In this document: one piece after another, positions 37,422 to 46,476 of the stretch
Layout: each line of letters opens with the position of its first letter
How positions within the stretch are numbered: the stretch's first letter is position 1
The notes under the pieces: generated by a model
Seen by the model: only the letters and a program-made list of their open reading frames with translations
Told to the model about the DNA's origin: nothing
The model's database searches: none
Assembly: GCA_964646455.1 (NCBI GenBank)
Contig: CAZYDX010000001.1
Coordinates: forward strand, 9,560 to 73,559
Direction: 5' to 3'
From: an uncultured bacterium
GTDB lineage: Bacteria > Fidelibacterota > Marinisomatia > Marinisomatales > UBA1611
DNA: 64,000 bases
Made by a program: the position numbers and the translations under genes

Positions 37422-38060
37422 ATGATTAAATCTAACATAAATAAATATTTTAGTTCTATTTTTCATAGATATAATGAATCAAATGAATTGAATAATCTAA
37501 GAGACAAACCAATCGAACATAAAATTAAATATTATAATTCTCTAAGCTATGAAGTTATAATGAAAAAAAAGGAGAATAAATTTTATTTATATATGCCAGA
37601 ACTTTCTATTGTTACCATTAATACTAATTTGGATAAGGCTTTTATAGAATTAGAGAAAAAAAGAGAAAAATATTTTACTACTCTTTTATCCTACGATTCT
37701 GATCATGAAATTAGACTTCCAAATAAAATAAAGAATAAATTTGAAATATATCAGAAAATGAAATTGTTTATTTACAAACTAATCATTATATGCTTTTTAG
37801 GTGGAATAACATTTTCATTAAGTATTGCATTAATAAGTAATAAAATTGCAGAAATCCCAGATAGATTTGACGATATTTCTATTGTAGATAATATGTGGAA
37901 ATCAGTTGGAAAAGTTAAAGAAATAATTGAAGCCCCTGAAGAAATTCAAAAAGAAAGACTTGAAACATTTCATGAACTTTTGCTAATGTTAAAACCATTT
38001 GTGCAGGAATTAGAAATATTGTTTGATAAACAAGAGTCAAATAAAAATTCAGATAAATAG
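37422..38060 (+). CDS. hypothetical single-pass membrane protein
   Basis: 212 aa with a central TM 'LFIYKLIIICFLGGITFSLSIALI'. The N-terminal 'YEVIMKKKENKFYLYMPELSIVTINTNLDKAFIELEKK' has a HicB/UPF0150-like pattern. Confidence 0.4.
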   Translation: MIKSNINKYFSSIFHRYNESNELNNLRDKPIEHKIKYYNSLSYEVIMKKKENKFYLYMPELSIVTINTNLDKAFIELEKKREKYFTTLLSYDSDHEIRLPNKIKNKFEIYQKMKLFIYKLIIICFLGGITFSLSIALISNKIAEIPDRFDDISIVDNMWKSVGKVKEIIEAPEEIQKERLETFHELLLMLKPFVQELEILFDKQESNKNSDK

Positions 38061-38080
38061 TGTTGAAGTAGTTGTTATAA

Positions 38081-38101
38081 ATAAAAGTTAAAACCTTTTA
38101 T
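38081..38101 (+). terminator. weak AT-rich hairpin (ATAAAAG / CTTTTAT, 7-nt loop) followed by a T-rich tract; possible operon boundary
   Basis: The inverted repeat was read directly in the 95-nt gap before the TTG-start DegT gene. It has only one G:C pair, so stability is low. Confidence 0.2.
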
Positions 38102-38155
38102 AATTTTATTTACTCTTCTTGTTTTATTTAACTCATTATATAAACTTTTATAGCT

Positions 38156-39256
38156 TTGATTAAATTAAATAATTTATCTCGCCATAATACAAGTATTAAA
38201 AATGAGCTTGAAGAAGCTATAAATAGAGTATTTACTAGCGGATGGTATATTTTGGGATCTGAGGTAAAACTATTTGAGAGTGAATTTGCAGATTATTGTG
38301 GCGTAAGTAATTGTATTGGAGTTGGCAATGGAACTGATGCTTTAGAAATTTGTTTGCGTTCCTTGGATGTAGGACAAAATGATTCAGTTGCATGTGTTGC
38401 AAATGCTGGATATTATTCGTCTACAGCTATTTTATCTATTGGCGCTGTTCCAAAATATATAGATGTATCTTGGGAAAGTATGACAATGGATCCAAAATCT
38501 TTGGAAGAGAGAATTACTTCAGATACTAAAGCAATTATTGTAACTCATTTGTATGGTCAGATGGCTAATATGCCAAAAATCATGGCAATTGCTAATAAAC
38601 AAAAGATTCCTGTTATTGAAGATTGCGCTCAAGCACATGGTGCTGTCTTAAATGGAAAAAAAGCAGGGAGCTGGGCGACCCTAGGATGTTTCAGCTTTTA
38701 CCCTACAAAAAATTTAGGTGCGCTTGGTGATGGAGGTGCCATTACAACATCAGATGAAAAGCTTACAAAAAAAATTATGCAGTTAAGACAATATGGTTGG
38801 GATAAAAAATACCAACTAAATATTTCAGGTGGCAGAAATAGCAGGTTGGATGAAATTCAGGCTGCTGTATTGAGAGTTAAACTTAAATATTTAGATAATT
38901 GGAATAATATTCGCAGAAAGATTGCTTCAAGTTATTCAAAAAAACTAAATAGCTCTGATTTACTTCTACAAAAGAATTTTGGTAAGGATTATGTTGCACA
39001 TCTATATATTATTAGATCCAATAATAGAAAAAAATGGATGAAGATATTAAATGATGCAAAAATCGCTTCAGATATACATTATCCAATACCTGATTATAAA
39101 CAAAATAACCTAATAAACTATTTTAATAATATATCATTAAATAATACTGAAAAATGTTGTAAACAGGTATTTTCAATACCCTGTTATCCTGAAATATCTG
39201 AGCTAGAATTTAGTAAAATTATAAAAACCTTGATTGAACTAAGAAATAAAAACTAA
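38156..39256 (+). CDS. DegT-family PLP sugar aminotransferase (ArnB/FdtB/WecE-like)
   Basis: '[16 protein letters not shown]', '[11 protein letters not shown]', '[21 protein letters not shown]', '[18 protein letters not shown]'. TTG start verified. Confidence 0.85.
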   Translation: MIKLNNLSRHNTSIKNELEEAINRVFTSGWYILGSEVKLFESEFADYCGVSNCIGVGNGTDALEICLRSLDVGQNDSVACVANAGYYSSTAILSIGAVPKYIDVSWESMTMDPKSLEERITSDTKAIIVTHLYGQMANMPKIMAIANKQKIPVIEDCAQAHGAVLNGKKAGSWATLGCFSFYPTKNLGALGDGGAITTSDEKLTKKIMQLRQYGWDKKYQLNISGGRNSRLDEIQAAVLRVKLKYLDNWNNIRRKIASSYSKKLNSSDLLLQKNFGKDYVAHLYIIRSNNRKKWMKILNDAKIASDIHYPIPDYKQNNLINYFNNISLNNTEKCCKQVFSIPCYPEISELEFSKIIKTLIELRNKN

Positions 39257-39257
39257 A

Positions 39258-40082
39258 ATGAAAATTTGTATTGCTGGAAAAAATTCTATTGCTGTTAATG
39301 CAGTTGATCATTTAATTAATTTAATTGATAAAGGGGATCATGAAATAGTTGTTTTACCTAATAATGATGATTTAGGCTATGATGATTGGCAACCATCATT
39401 ATCAAAATATGCATCCAATAATGATTTAAATATTGTTGATATTAACGAACTTTATTATTTAAATGATTTAATTTTTATTTCACTAGAATATAATAGGATA
39501 ATTGATCCTAATAAGTTCCAAACTGAAAAACTATTTAATATTCATTTTTCGTATTTACCAAGCTATAAAGGTATGTATACAAGTATACATCCTATTATTA
39601 ATGGTGAAAAGAAAAGTGGTGTTACATTACATCTTATTGATTCTGGTATTGATACTGGAGAAATTATAGATTGTATCCAATTTCCATTAGAGATTGATGA
39701 CACTGCAAGAGATTTATATTTTAAATATTTAGACTATGGTTTTAAAATATTTAAAAATAATATTATTTCAATAATTAATAATACTTATAACTCTACTTCA
39801 CAAAGTAATCTATATGCATCTTATTATTCTAAAAAATCAATTGATTTTAATAATATTAAAATTGACCTAAATAAAACGGCATATGAAATTCATAATCAAA
39901 TACGAGCTTATAATTTTAAAGAATACCAATTACCTAAAATTATGAATAAATTTATTTCAAAATCTGTTTTAACTAATGAAAAAAAAGAATATGAAAAAAT
40001 AGTAGAATTTGATGATAGATTTGAAATTGTGGGGATTGATAAATATGTTGTGCAGACATATAAAGCAAAACAAAGTATTTAA
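39258..40082 (+). CDS. sugar N-formyltransferase (formyl_trans_N fold)
   Basis: 'LFNIHFSYLPSYKGMYT' (H-x-S-L-L-P-x-x-R/K-G type block) and 'GVTLHLIDSGIDTGEIID'. Confidence 0.7.
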   Translation: MKICIAGKNSIAVNAVDHLINLIDKGDHEIVVLPNNDDLGYDDWQPSLSKYASNNDLNIVDINELYYLNDLIFISLEYNRIIDPNKFQTEKLFNIHFSYLPSYKGMYTSIHPIINGEKKSGVTLHLIDSGIDTGEIIDCIQFPLEIDDTARDLYFKYLDYGFKIFKNNIISIINNTYNSTSQSNLYASYYSKKSIDFNNIKIDLNKTAYEIHNQIRAYNFKEYQLPKIMNKFISKSVLTNEKKEYEKIVEFDDRFEIVGIDKYVVQTYKAKQSI

Positions 40083-40085
40083 TGA

Positions 40086-41021
40086 ATGATGAATGATTTT
40101 ATTACATTGATGATCTTATCTTATTATAGTGAAAATAGAATCACTAAAAACTACAATCTAATTAAAGAGAGATTAGAAAAAGAAAAAATTTCGTTCGAGT
40201 TAATAATTATTGATGATGGATCAAATGATAACTCATATGAAGAAGCATTAAATATTGAAAAAATTGATAATAGGGTAAAAGCGTATCAGTTAAGTAAGAA
40301 TTATACTAGTCATTATTCTATTTTTGCAGGGTTTTCAGTTGCAAAAGGAAGTTGTGCAGTCGCAATACCTGATGATTTTCAAGTTCCTTTGGACACTGTT
40401 GTCGAAATGTATCGTCATTGGGAAAGAGGTTATAAAATCGTTGTACCTTATCGAGATCTAAGAGAAGATCCATTAATAAACCGTATTTTTTCAAATATTT
40501 ATTATAGCATTATGAATACTTTATCTGAAGTAAAATTTCCCAAGGGTGGTGCAGATGTTTTTCTTGCTGATAGAGAAGTAATTGATATTTTTAACAAAAA
40601 TATTCATCCAAAAAATACATCAACGATAGTTGAGGCACTTCGATTAGGATTCGATCCACTATTTATCCCTATGCATCGAGCAAAGGGCGTTAATATAAAA
40701 TCTCGCTGGTCATTTAAGAAAAAATTTAGGCTTGCGAAGGATACTTTCTTATCATCATCATCATTTCCTATAAAATTGATTTCTGTTTTGGGTATTGGAA
40801 CATTTTTCTTTTCTATTTTCGTAATTGTTTTTTATATATATGCTAAGTTGATTGGCTATGTGAAAATACCAGGATGGACTTTACTTGTTATTTTTATATC
40901 ATTTTTTAGTGGTCTAATATTACTGAGTCTGGGAATAATTGCTGAATATATATGGCGGATCTTTGATGAAGTTAAAGGAAGGCCAGGTTTTATAATTAAA
41001 AAAAAAGATAATATTGAGTAG
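40086..41021 (+). CDS. GT2 polyprenyl-phosphate glycosyltransferase (ArnC/GtrB/DPM1-like)
   Basis: 'IIIDDGSNDNS', 'AIPDDFQ', two C-terminal TM helices, and the typical tail 'LGIIAEYIWRIFDEVKGRPGFIIKKK'. Confidence 0.8.
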   Translation: MMNDFITLMILSYYSENRITKNYNLIKERLEKEKISFELIIIDDGSNDNSYEEALNIEKIDNRVKAYQLSKNYTSHYSIFAGFSVAKGSCAVAIPDDFQVPLDTVVEMYRHWERGYKIVVPYRDLREDPLINRIFSNIYYSIMNTLSEVKFPKGGADVFLADREVIDIFNKNIHPKNTSTIVEALRLGFDPLFIPMHRAKGVNIKSRWSFKKKFRLAKDTFLSSSSFPIKLISVLGIGTFFFSIFVIVFYIYAKLIGYVKIPGWTLLVIFISFFSGLILLSLGIIAEYIWRIFDEVKGRPGFIIKKKDNIE

Positions 41022-41427
41022 TTCAAGTCTTATTAATACTTGTAAAGTTTTGTCTCTACCAAAGATAGAAGATCCCCGGGGGAATTTGACATTTATTGAA
41101 AATAATAAGCACATACCATTTGAAATTAAAAGGATATTTTATATTTATGATGTTCCTACAGCTGAAAGTCGCGGAGCACATGCACATAAATCTCTTCATC
41201 AGTTCCTAGTTTGTCTTTCAGGAAGTTTTGATGTCACAATTGATGATGGAAAGAATAAGAAAAGAATCCATCTTAATAGACCATGGAAAGGCCTGTATAT
41301 TCCACCAAAAATATGGGCAGCAGAAGAAAATTTTGATCCTGGGACAGTATGTTTAGTTTTATGTTCAAATATATATATTGAGAATGATTATATAAGGGAT
41401 TATAAAGAATTCTTAAAACATATTTAA
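41014..41427 (+). CDS. FdtA/WxcM-like cupin, sugar-nucleotide 3,4-ketoisomerase
   Basis: 'LPKIEDPRGNLTFIE', 'IPFEIKRIFYIYDVP', 'RGAHAHKSLHQFLVCLSGSFDV'. TTG start overlaps the upstream TAG. Confidence 0.7.
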   Translation: MSSSSLINTCKVLSLPKIEDPRGNLTFIENNKHIPFEIKRIFYIYDVPTAESRGAHAHKSLHQFLVCLSGSFDVTIDDGKNKKRIHLNRPWKGLYIPPKIWAAEENFDPGTVCLVLCSNIYIENDYIRDYKEFLKHI

Positions 41428-41457
41428 TGAATAATTGTTTTTAAGGTAAAATATACA

Positions 41458-42273
41458 ATGATGAAAAAAATTAATATTATTGCTGAGATAGGATGGAACC
41501 ATATGGGAGATATGGATCTTGCTGCAAAAATGATTAATAAGGCTGCTAAAAATGGTGTTGATATTTGCAAGTTTCAAACTTGGTCTGTGGATAAGCTAAA
41601 ACCAGGCGTATGGGATAAAGATGGTCGTAGAGAAATTTATAAGAAAGCTCAATTATCAAAAGAAGATCACTCTTATTTGAAAACTATTTGTGAAAATAAT
41701 TCTGTAGAATTTCTCACCTCAGTTTTTAATATTAATGATCTTGTTTTCTTAAGTGAGTTAAATATGGAAATGATCAAGATTCCAAGTCATGAGGTTCATA
41801 ATCTGGAATTAATAAAGGCTTCTGTTGATTTATTTGATATTATTCTAATATCTACTGGTGCTGCGAAGTGGTTGGAAGTAGAAAAAATAATAGAAGCTGT
41901 AGATCCTGAAAAGCTCGTTTTTATGCATTGCGTATCGACTTATCCTTGTCCTCCAGAAAATATTAATCTTCCTAGAATGCAGAAACTAAAAGATTATACA
42001 TCTGCTGTTGGTTACAGCGGACATTTTACTGGGATAGATGATGCTATCAGTGCAATTTGTCATGGTGCGACCTTCATTGAAAAACATTTTACTATCGATC
42101 AAGATTTGCCAGGAAGAGATAATAAATTTGCTATTTTACCTAAGCAAATGAGATCACTTACCGATTTTAGAGATAAGTATGAAAAAATGAATATTGATTT
42201 AGGGTTAGACTTACAGGAATGTGAATTAGATACTTATGAAAATTATAGGGGTCGATGGAGTAAAAATGGCTAA
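41458..42273 (+). CDS. NeuB-family ulosonic-acid synthase, TIM-barrel only (no SAF domain)
   Basis: 'IIAEIGWNHMGDMDLAAKMINKAAKNGVDICKFQTW', 'MHCVSTYPCPPENINLPRM', 'VGYSGHFTGI', 'IEKHFTIDQ'. At 271 aa it is too short for the C-terminal antifreeze-like domain. Confidence 0.75.
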   Translation: MMKKINIIAEIGWNHMGDMDLAAKMINKAAKNGVDICKFQTWSVDKLKPGVWDKDGRREIYKKAQLSKEDHSYLKTICENNSVEFLTSVFNINDLVFLSELNMEMIKIPSHEVHNLELIKASVDLFDIILISTGAAKWLEVEKIIEAVDPEKLVFMHCVSTYPCPPENINLPRMQKLKDYTSAVGYSGHFTGIDDAISAICHGATFIEKHFTIDQDLPGRDNKFAILPKQMRSLTDFRDKYEKMNIDLGLDLQECELDTYENYRGRWSKNG

Positions 42274-43585
42274 ATCACGGATTCCTTTAATATCAATTAT
42301 AATTCGCACCTATAATGAAGAGAAATGGATTGGTAGATGCCTTAGAGGAATATTCAGCCAAAAAGTGGATGCAAAGATTGAAGTAATTTTGGTTGATAAT
42401 GAAAGTACTGACCATACAGTGCAAGTGGCAAAACGGTTTCCAATTAGTCAATGTATTACAATTAATAAATTTTTTCCAGGATTAGCGTTAAATAATGGTA
42501 TACGTGAATCAAAAGGCGATTATATTGTTTGTATATCTGCTCATTGTGTACCTGAAAATGATCAATGGCTAACTAAATTACTGGATAATCTTAAAGATAA
42601 TTCAGATATCGCAGGTGTATACGGTAGACAACTTCCTTTTAGTTTCACAGATCCAATAGATAAGCGTGATTTATTGATTGTCTTCGGATTAGATAAGCGT
42701 ATACAGCAAAATGATTATTTTTTTCATAATGCTAATAGTATGATACCAAGAAAAGTATGGGACAAGTATCCATTTGATGAAGAAGTTAGTAATATTGAAG
42801 ATAGAGTTTGGGGGAAGCAAGTAACAGAAGCTGGTTATAAAATTATTTATGAACCAAAAGCTGCAGTATATCATCATCATGGATTGCATCAAGGAAATGA
42901 AAAATCGAGAGCTAGAGGTGTCGTTTCAATTCTTGAACATGTTGATGAAGGCATATTGAATTCATTTCCACATTCGATGAAACCTGAAATGATTAATATT
43001 GCAGCAGTTATCCCTATAATAGGAGATATTTATAAAGACAAGGACCAATTACATCAATTTCAAAAAACGATAAATGAATTAAAAGAATCAAAATTAATTG
43101 AATCGATTTACTGTGTTTCAGATAATAATGAAGCTGCAGATTCCTTTGATATTAAATGGTTAGATAGAAAGTTAATATTGAAAGCTAATTCATTGCCGTT
43201 AGATCAATTATTAAAGAAAACTTTAGATTTGATAGAAAGTAAAGGTGAATGTCCAGATAGTATATTGTATGTAAATCATGATTATGTTAACCGTCCAAAA
43301 GGTATTTTTGATGAACTTATTAAAGATGCTCAGCTTAAAGGATGTGATACAGTATTTCCGGGTTTAATAGATTATGGTCATTATTGGTATTTTAATGATG
43401 AAAATAAATTTAAACAAACCGATTCATCATTAGAATCACGTAGAAAACGAGATCCACTTTATAAAGCGTTATATGGACTAGGATGTTTGACATCTTCATG
43501 GGTTCTGCGTTCGGGAAAAATGATAGGAGGAAAAGTAGGTATTCTTCCATTTTCTGATATCAAGTATTCTACACGATTAAAATAA
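42236..43585 (+). CDS. fusion protein: N-terminal GT2 glycosyltransferase + C-terminal degenerate cytidylyltransferase-like domain
   Basis: GT2 part: 'LISIIIRTYNEEKWIGRCLRGIFSQ', 'ILVDNESTDHT'. C-terminal part: 'INIAAVIPIIGD' and 'SRRKRDPLYKALYGLG' resemble CMP-NulO synthetase blocks but lack the R..SK loop. ATG 42266 is an alternative start. Confidence 0.55.
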   Translation: MKIIGVDGVKMAKSRIPLISIIIRTYNEEKWIGRCLRGIFSQKVDAKIEVILVDNESTDHTVQVAKRFPISQCITINKFFPGLALNNGIRESKGDYIVCISAHCVPENDQWLTKLLDNLKDNSDIAGVYGRQLPFSFTDPIDKRDLLIVFGLDKRIQQNDYFFHNANSMIPRKVWDKYPFDEEVSNIEDRVWGKQVTEAGYKIIYEPKAAVYHHHGLHQGNEKSRARGVVSILEHVDEGILNSFPHSMKPEMINIAAVIPIIGDIYKDKDQLHQFQKTINELKESKLIESIYCVSDNNEAADSFDIKWLDRKLILKANSLPLDQLLKKTLDLIESKGECPDSILYVNHDYVNRPKGIFDELIKDAQLKGCDTVFPGLIDYGHYWYFNDENKFKQTDSSLESRRKRDPLYKALYGLGCLTSSWVLRSGKMIGGKVGILPFSDIKYSTRLK

Positions 43586-43592
43586 GATTCAT

Positions 43593-44738
43593 TTGAAAAT
43601 AATCGATATAATTGGATATTCATTATCTTCACCTTATGGTGATGGAAATGTTTATGGACAACCTTTAGGTGTGAAGAGTGTTGGTATTGTTGAAGTGCAT
43701 ACTGATAATGAATACATTGGTATTGGGGAAACCTATTCTGGTGTTTATGTACCTGAATTAATAAATCCGATTGTAGAATATCTTAAATCTTTTATCATTG
43801 GTGCTGATCCTGATAACATTAGTGAAATTAATCATCTTCTTGAAATTCCATTTATATCTGGTAATGGATTAGTGCGTAGTATAATTAGTGCTATAGATAT
43901 AGCTCTGTGGGATATAAAAGGACAATCATTAAATAAACCTATCGCTAAAATATTAAATAGTCAGATAAGAGAATCAGTAAGTGTCTATGCTAGTGGAGGT
44001 TCAGTTACGATGAATAGTGATGAAATTTGCAATGATATAGAAAGAACACTAACCAAAGGTTATAACGCATATAAGATGCGGGTAGGACTTCAATCTTGGA
44101 AGAAAGATATTGAGCGAGTTTCAACAGCCAGAAATACGATTGGAGAAAATAATCAATTAATGATTGATGCAATTATGGGAACGTTACCAAATACTTGGGG
44201 CCTTGATAGAGCAAAAAAATGCATTAAAGATCTGTCCGTGTTCAATCTTACTTGGCTAGAGGAGCCATTACCTCCTGAAAATTTTTCTGGTTATCAAAAA
44301 CTAAATAAAGACTCACCCATTCCAATTGCTATGGGTGAGTCTTTAACTGCTACAAATGAATTTGAAGCATATATTTCTGGCAATTGCGTTGGTTATATCC
44401 AACCTGACGTAACACATTGTGGTGGATTTTCTAGAACTATAAAAGTCATAAATATTGCAAAAAAATACAATATCCCTGTTGCGTTACATGTCTGGGGAAG
44501 TGCTATTTCTATAATGTCTAATTTGCATATTGCATTGGCAATGCCTGAAGTAATCTGGCTTGAAATTCCCCAGGTTAGACTCAATCTTCTTTTCGATCAA
44601 CTATCAGAGAATATAAATATTGAGAATGGTTCTATATTTTTAATTGATAAACCTGGACTAGGAATAAGTATTAATAAAGAAGAAAAAAATAGATACCCTT
44701 TTATTCCAGGGAGCGGATATAAAGTTCCTTTAAAATAA
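43593..44738 (+). CDS. enolase-superfamily enzyme (mandelate racemase / acid-sugar dehydratase-like)
   Basis: 'DIALWDIKG', 'AYKMRVG', metal ligands in 'LMIDAIMG', 'LTWLEEPL' and 'AMGESL', plus 'YIQPDVTHCGG'. TTG start verified. Confidence 0.75.
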   Translation: MKIIDIIGYSLSSPYGDGNVYGQPLGVKSVGIVEVHTDNEYIGIGETYSGVYVPELINPIVEYLKSFIIGADPDNISEINHLLEIPFISGNGLVRSIISAIDIALWDIKGQSLNKPIAKILNSQIRESVSVYASGGSVTMNSDEICNDIERTLTKGYNAYKMRVGLQSWKKDIERVSTARNTIGENNQLMIDAIMGTLPNTWGLDRAKKCIKDLSVFNLTWLEEPLPPENFSGYQKLNKDSPIPIAMGESLTATNEFEAYISGNCVGYIQPDVTHCGGFSRTIKVINIAKKYNIPVALHVWGSAISIMSNLHIALAMPEVIWLEIPQVRLNLLFDQLSENINIENGSIFLIDKPGLGISINKEEKNRYPFIPGSGYKVPLK

Positions 44739-44739
44739 A

Positions 44740-45768
44740 ATGAATCAAGTTGGAAAACTCTTAATAGGATGCGATCTTTTTTTGGATCTCAAAATGTATC
44801 ATATACCAGATTATTTTATAAAATTAATGAAAAATAAATATGAAAATGTCGATTTAGTAGAAATCAATACCGTCAATTCTGAAAGTATTGATTATTCTAC
44901 AATTGATATTTATTGGGGAAATAGAATAACAAAAAATTTAATTGATGAACTAACATCACTAAAATGGATACATTTTGGTTCTGTTGGAGTAAATGCTAAA
45001 ATAAAGAATAAAGTTATAAATAGAAATATTCGAGTATCCAATAGTAGTGGAATTATGACAGATGCAGTTGTTTCTAGTGGATTAGCATTTATTTTTGCAT
45101 TTGCTAGAGGATTACATAACGTATGGAATCTCAAGGATAGTAATAAGTTTAATAGAAAATCTTATGATCAATTTTTTGAAAATACACATGATGTTTTTGG
45201 GCAGTCTATACTTATTGTAGGGTTTGGTGATATTGGAAAGAAACTTGCTTTAGCATGCAATTCTTTAGGAATGAAAGTTAGTATTATAAGAAAAAATTAT
45301 GATAATAAGCCCAAGTGGGTCAAAGCGTCTTATCCAATTAAAGAACTTAATGAAGCAGTAGAGGATATTGACTATATTGTTAATATTCTTCCATTAAATG
45401 ATCAAACTAAGGGTGTTTTCACAAAAAATATTTTCACAAAAATGAAAGATGAATCAATATTTATCAATATTGGTCGTGGAGATACTGTTATTGAATCTGA
45501 TTTAATCGATTCGTTAAAGAATAATATTATAGGTGGCGCGGGGTTAGATGTTTTTTCTTCTGAAAGTTATGTAGATCCTTCAACGCCTCTTATGCCAGAT
45601 TCTCCACTATTTTCGTTGCGAAATGTTATTTTAACACCTCATATTGGAGGATTAACTAATAGTTACTGGAAAAAGCAATGTAATTTATTTTTAGATAACT
45701 TAAAGCAGTTCATATCCGGTAAAGAATTAATTAATGAAATTTTCACTAATAATATAGTTTCTGATTGA
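44740..45768 (+). CDS. D-isomer-specific 2-hydroxyacid dehydrogenase
   Basis: 'SILIVGFGDIGKKLA', 'FINIGRGDTV', 'AGLDVF', 'LTPHIGGLT'. Confidence 0.75.
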   Translation: MNQVGKLLIGCDLFLDLKMYHIPDYFIKLMKNKYENVDLVEINTVNSESIDYSTIDIYWGNRITKNLIDELTSLKWIHFGSVGVNAKIKNKVINRNIRVSNSSGIMTDAVVSSGLAFIFAFARGLHNVWNLKDSNKFNRKSYDQFFENTHDVFGQSILIVGFGDIGKKLALACNSLGMKVSIIRKNYDNKPKWVKASYPIKELNEAVEDIDYIVNILPLNDQTKGVFTKNIFTKMKDESIFINIGRGDTVIESDLIDSLKNNIIGGAGLDVFSSESYVDPSTPLMPDSPLFSLRNVILTPHIGGLTNSYWKKQCNLFLDNLKQFISGKELINEIFTNNIVSD

Positions 45769-46472
45769 AAAGACATAATTCAAATAATATTTTAGGTATA
45801 ATACCAGCCCGAGGAGGATCAAAGGGCGTTCCCAAAAAGAACATACGTAAGATAAATGGTAAACCTCTGATTTACTACACAATCGCAGAATCACAAAAAT
45901 CAAAATTGTTAACTGACTTTGTTGTTTCAACAGAAAGTAAAGAAATTGCGGAATATTGCAAATCAATTGGGCATGAAATTCCTTTTATGCGTCCATTAGC
46001 TCTTTCTGAAGATCATGTAGAATCTTATCCTGTTATATATCATGCTCTTAAAGAAATGGAAAAAATAAAAAAAATTTATTATGATATCATAGTTATGTTA
46101 CAACCTACTACTCCATTAAGAATATTTTCTGATATTGATAATGCATTAGCAATGCTTTTGGAATCAGATGCAGAATCAATTGTTAGTATTGTTAATGTAG
46201 GTGGCTATCATCCTTTAAGAATGAAACAAATTAGTGATAATAATATTTTAGTTAATTATGTAGAACAGAAGTTTGAGAATATGCAGCCTAGACAGAGTTT
46301 GCCACCTGTTTTTATAAGGAATGGGGCTATTTATGCATCTAAAAGAAATATTATAATTAATAAAATGATAGTTGGACGTAGTTGTTTGGCCTATGAAATG
46401 CCATATGAGAGATCAGTTAATATTGATACTGAAATAGATTTTAATTTGGCTGAATTAATGATGAAAAAATAA
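45765..46472 (+). CDS. neuA: CMP-nonulosonate (acylneuraminate) cytidylyltransferase
   Basis: 'LGIIPARGGSKGVPKKNIRKINGKPLIYYTI', 'MLQPTTPLR', 'RQSLPPVFIRNGAIYA'. TTG start in a TTGA overlap. Confidence 0.8.
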   Translation: MKRHNSNNILGIIPARGGSKGVPKKNIRKINGKPLIYYTIAESQKSKLLTDFVVSTESKEIAEYCKSIGHEIPFMRPLALSEDHVESYPVIYHALKEMEKIKKIYYDIIVMLQPTTPLRIFSDIDNALAMLLESDAESIVSIVNVGGYHPLRMKQISDNNILVNYVEQKFENMQPRQSLPPVFIRNGAIYASKRNIIINKMIVGRSCLAYEMPYERSVNIDTEIDFNLAELMMKK

Positions 46473-46476
46473 ATGT

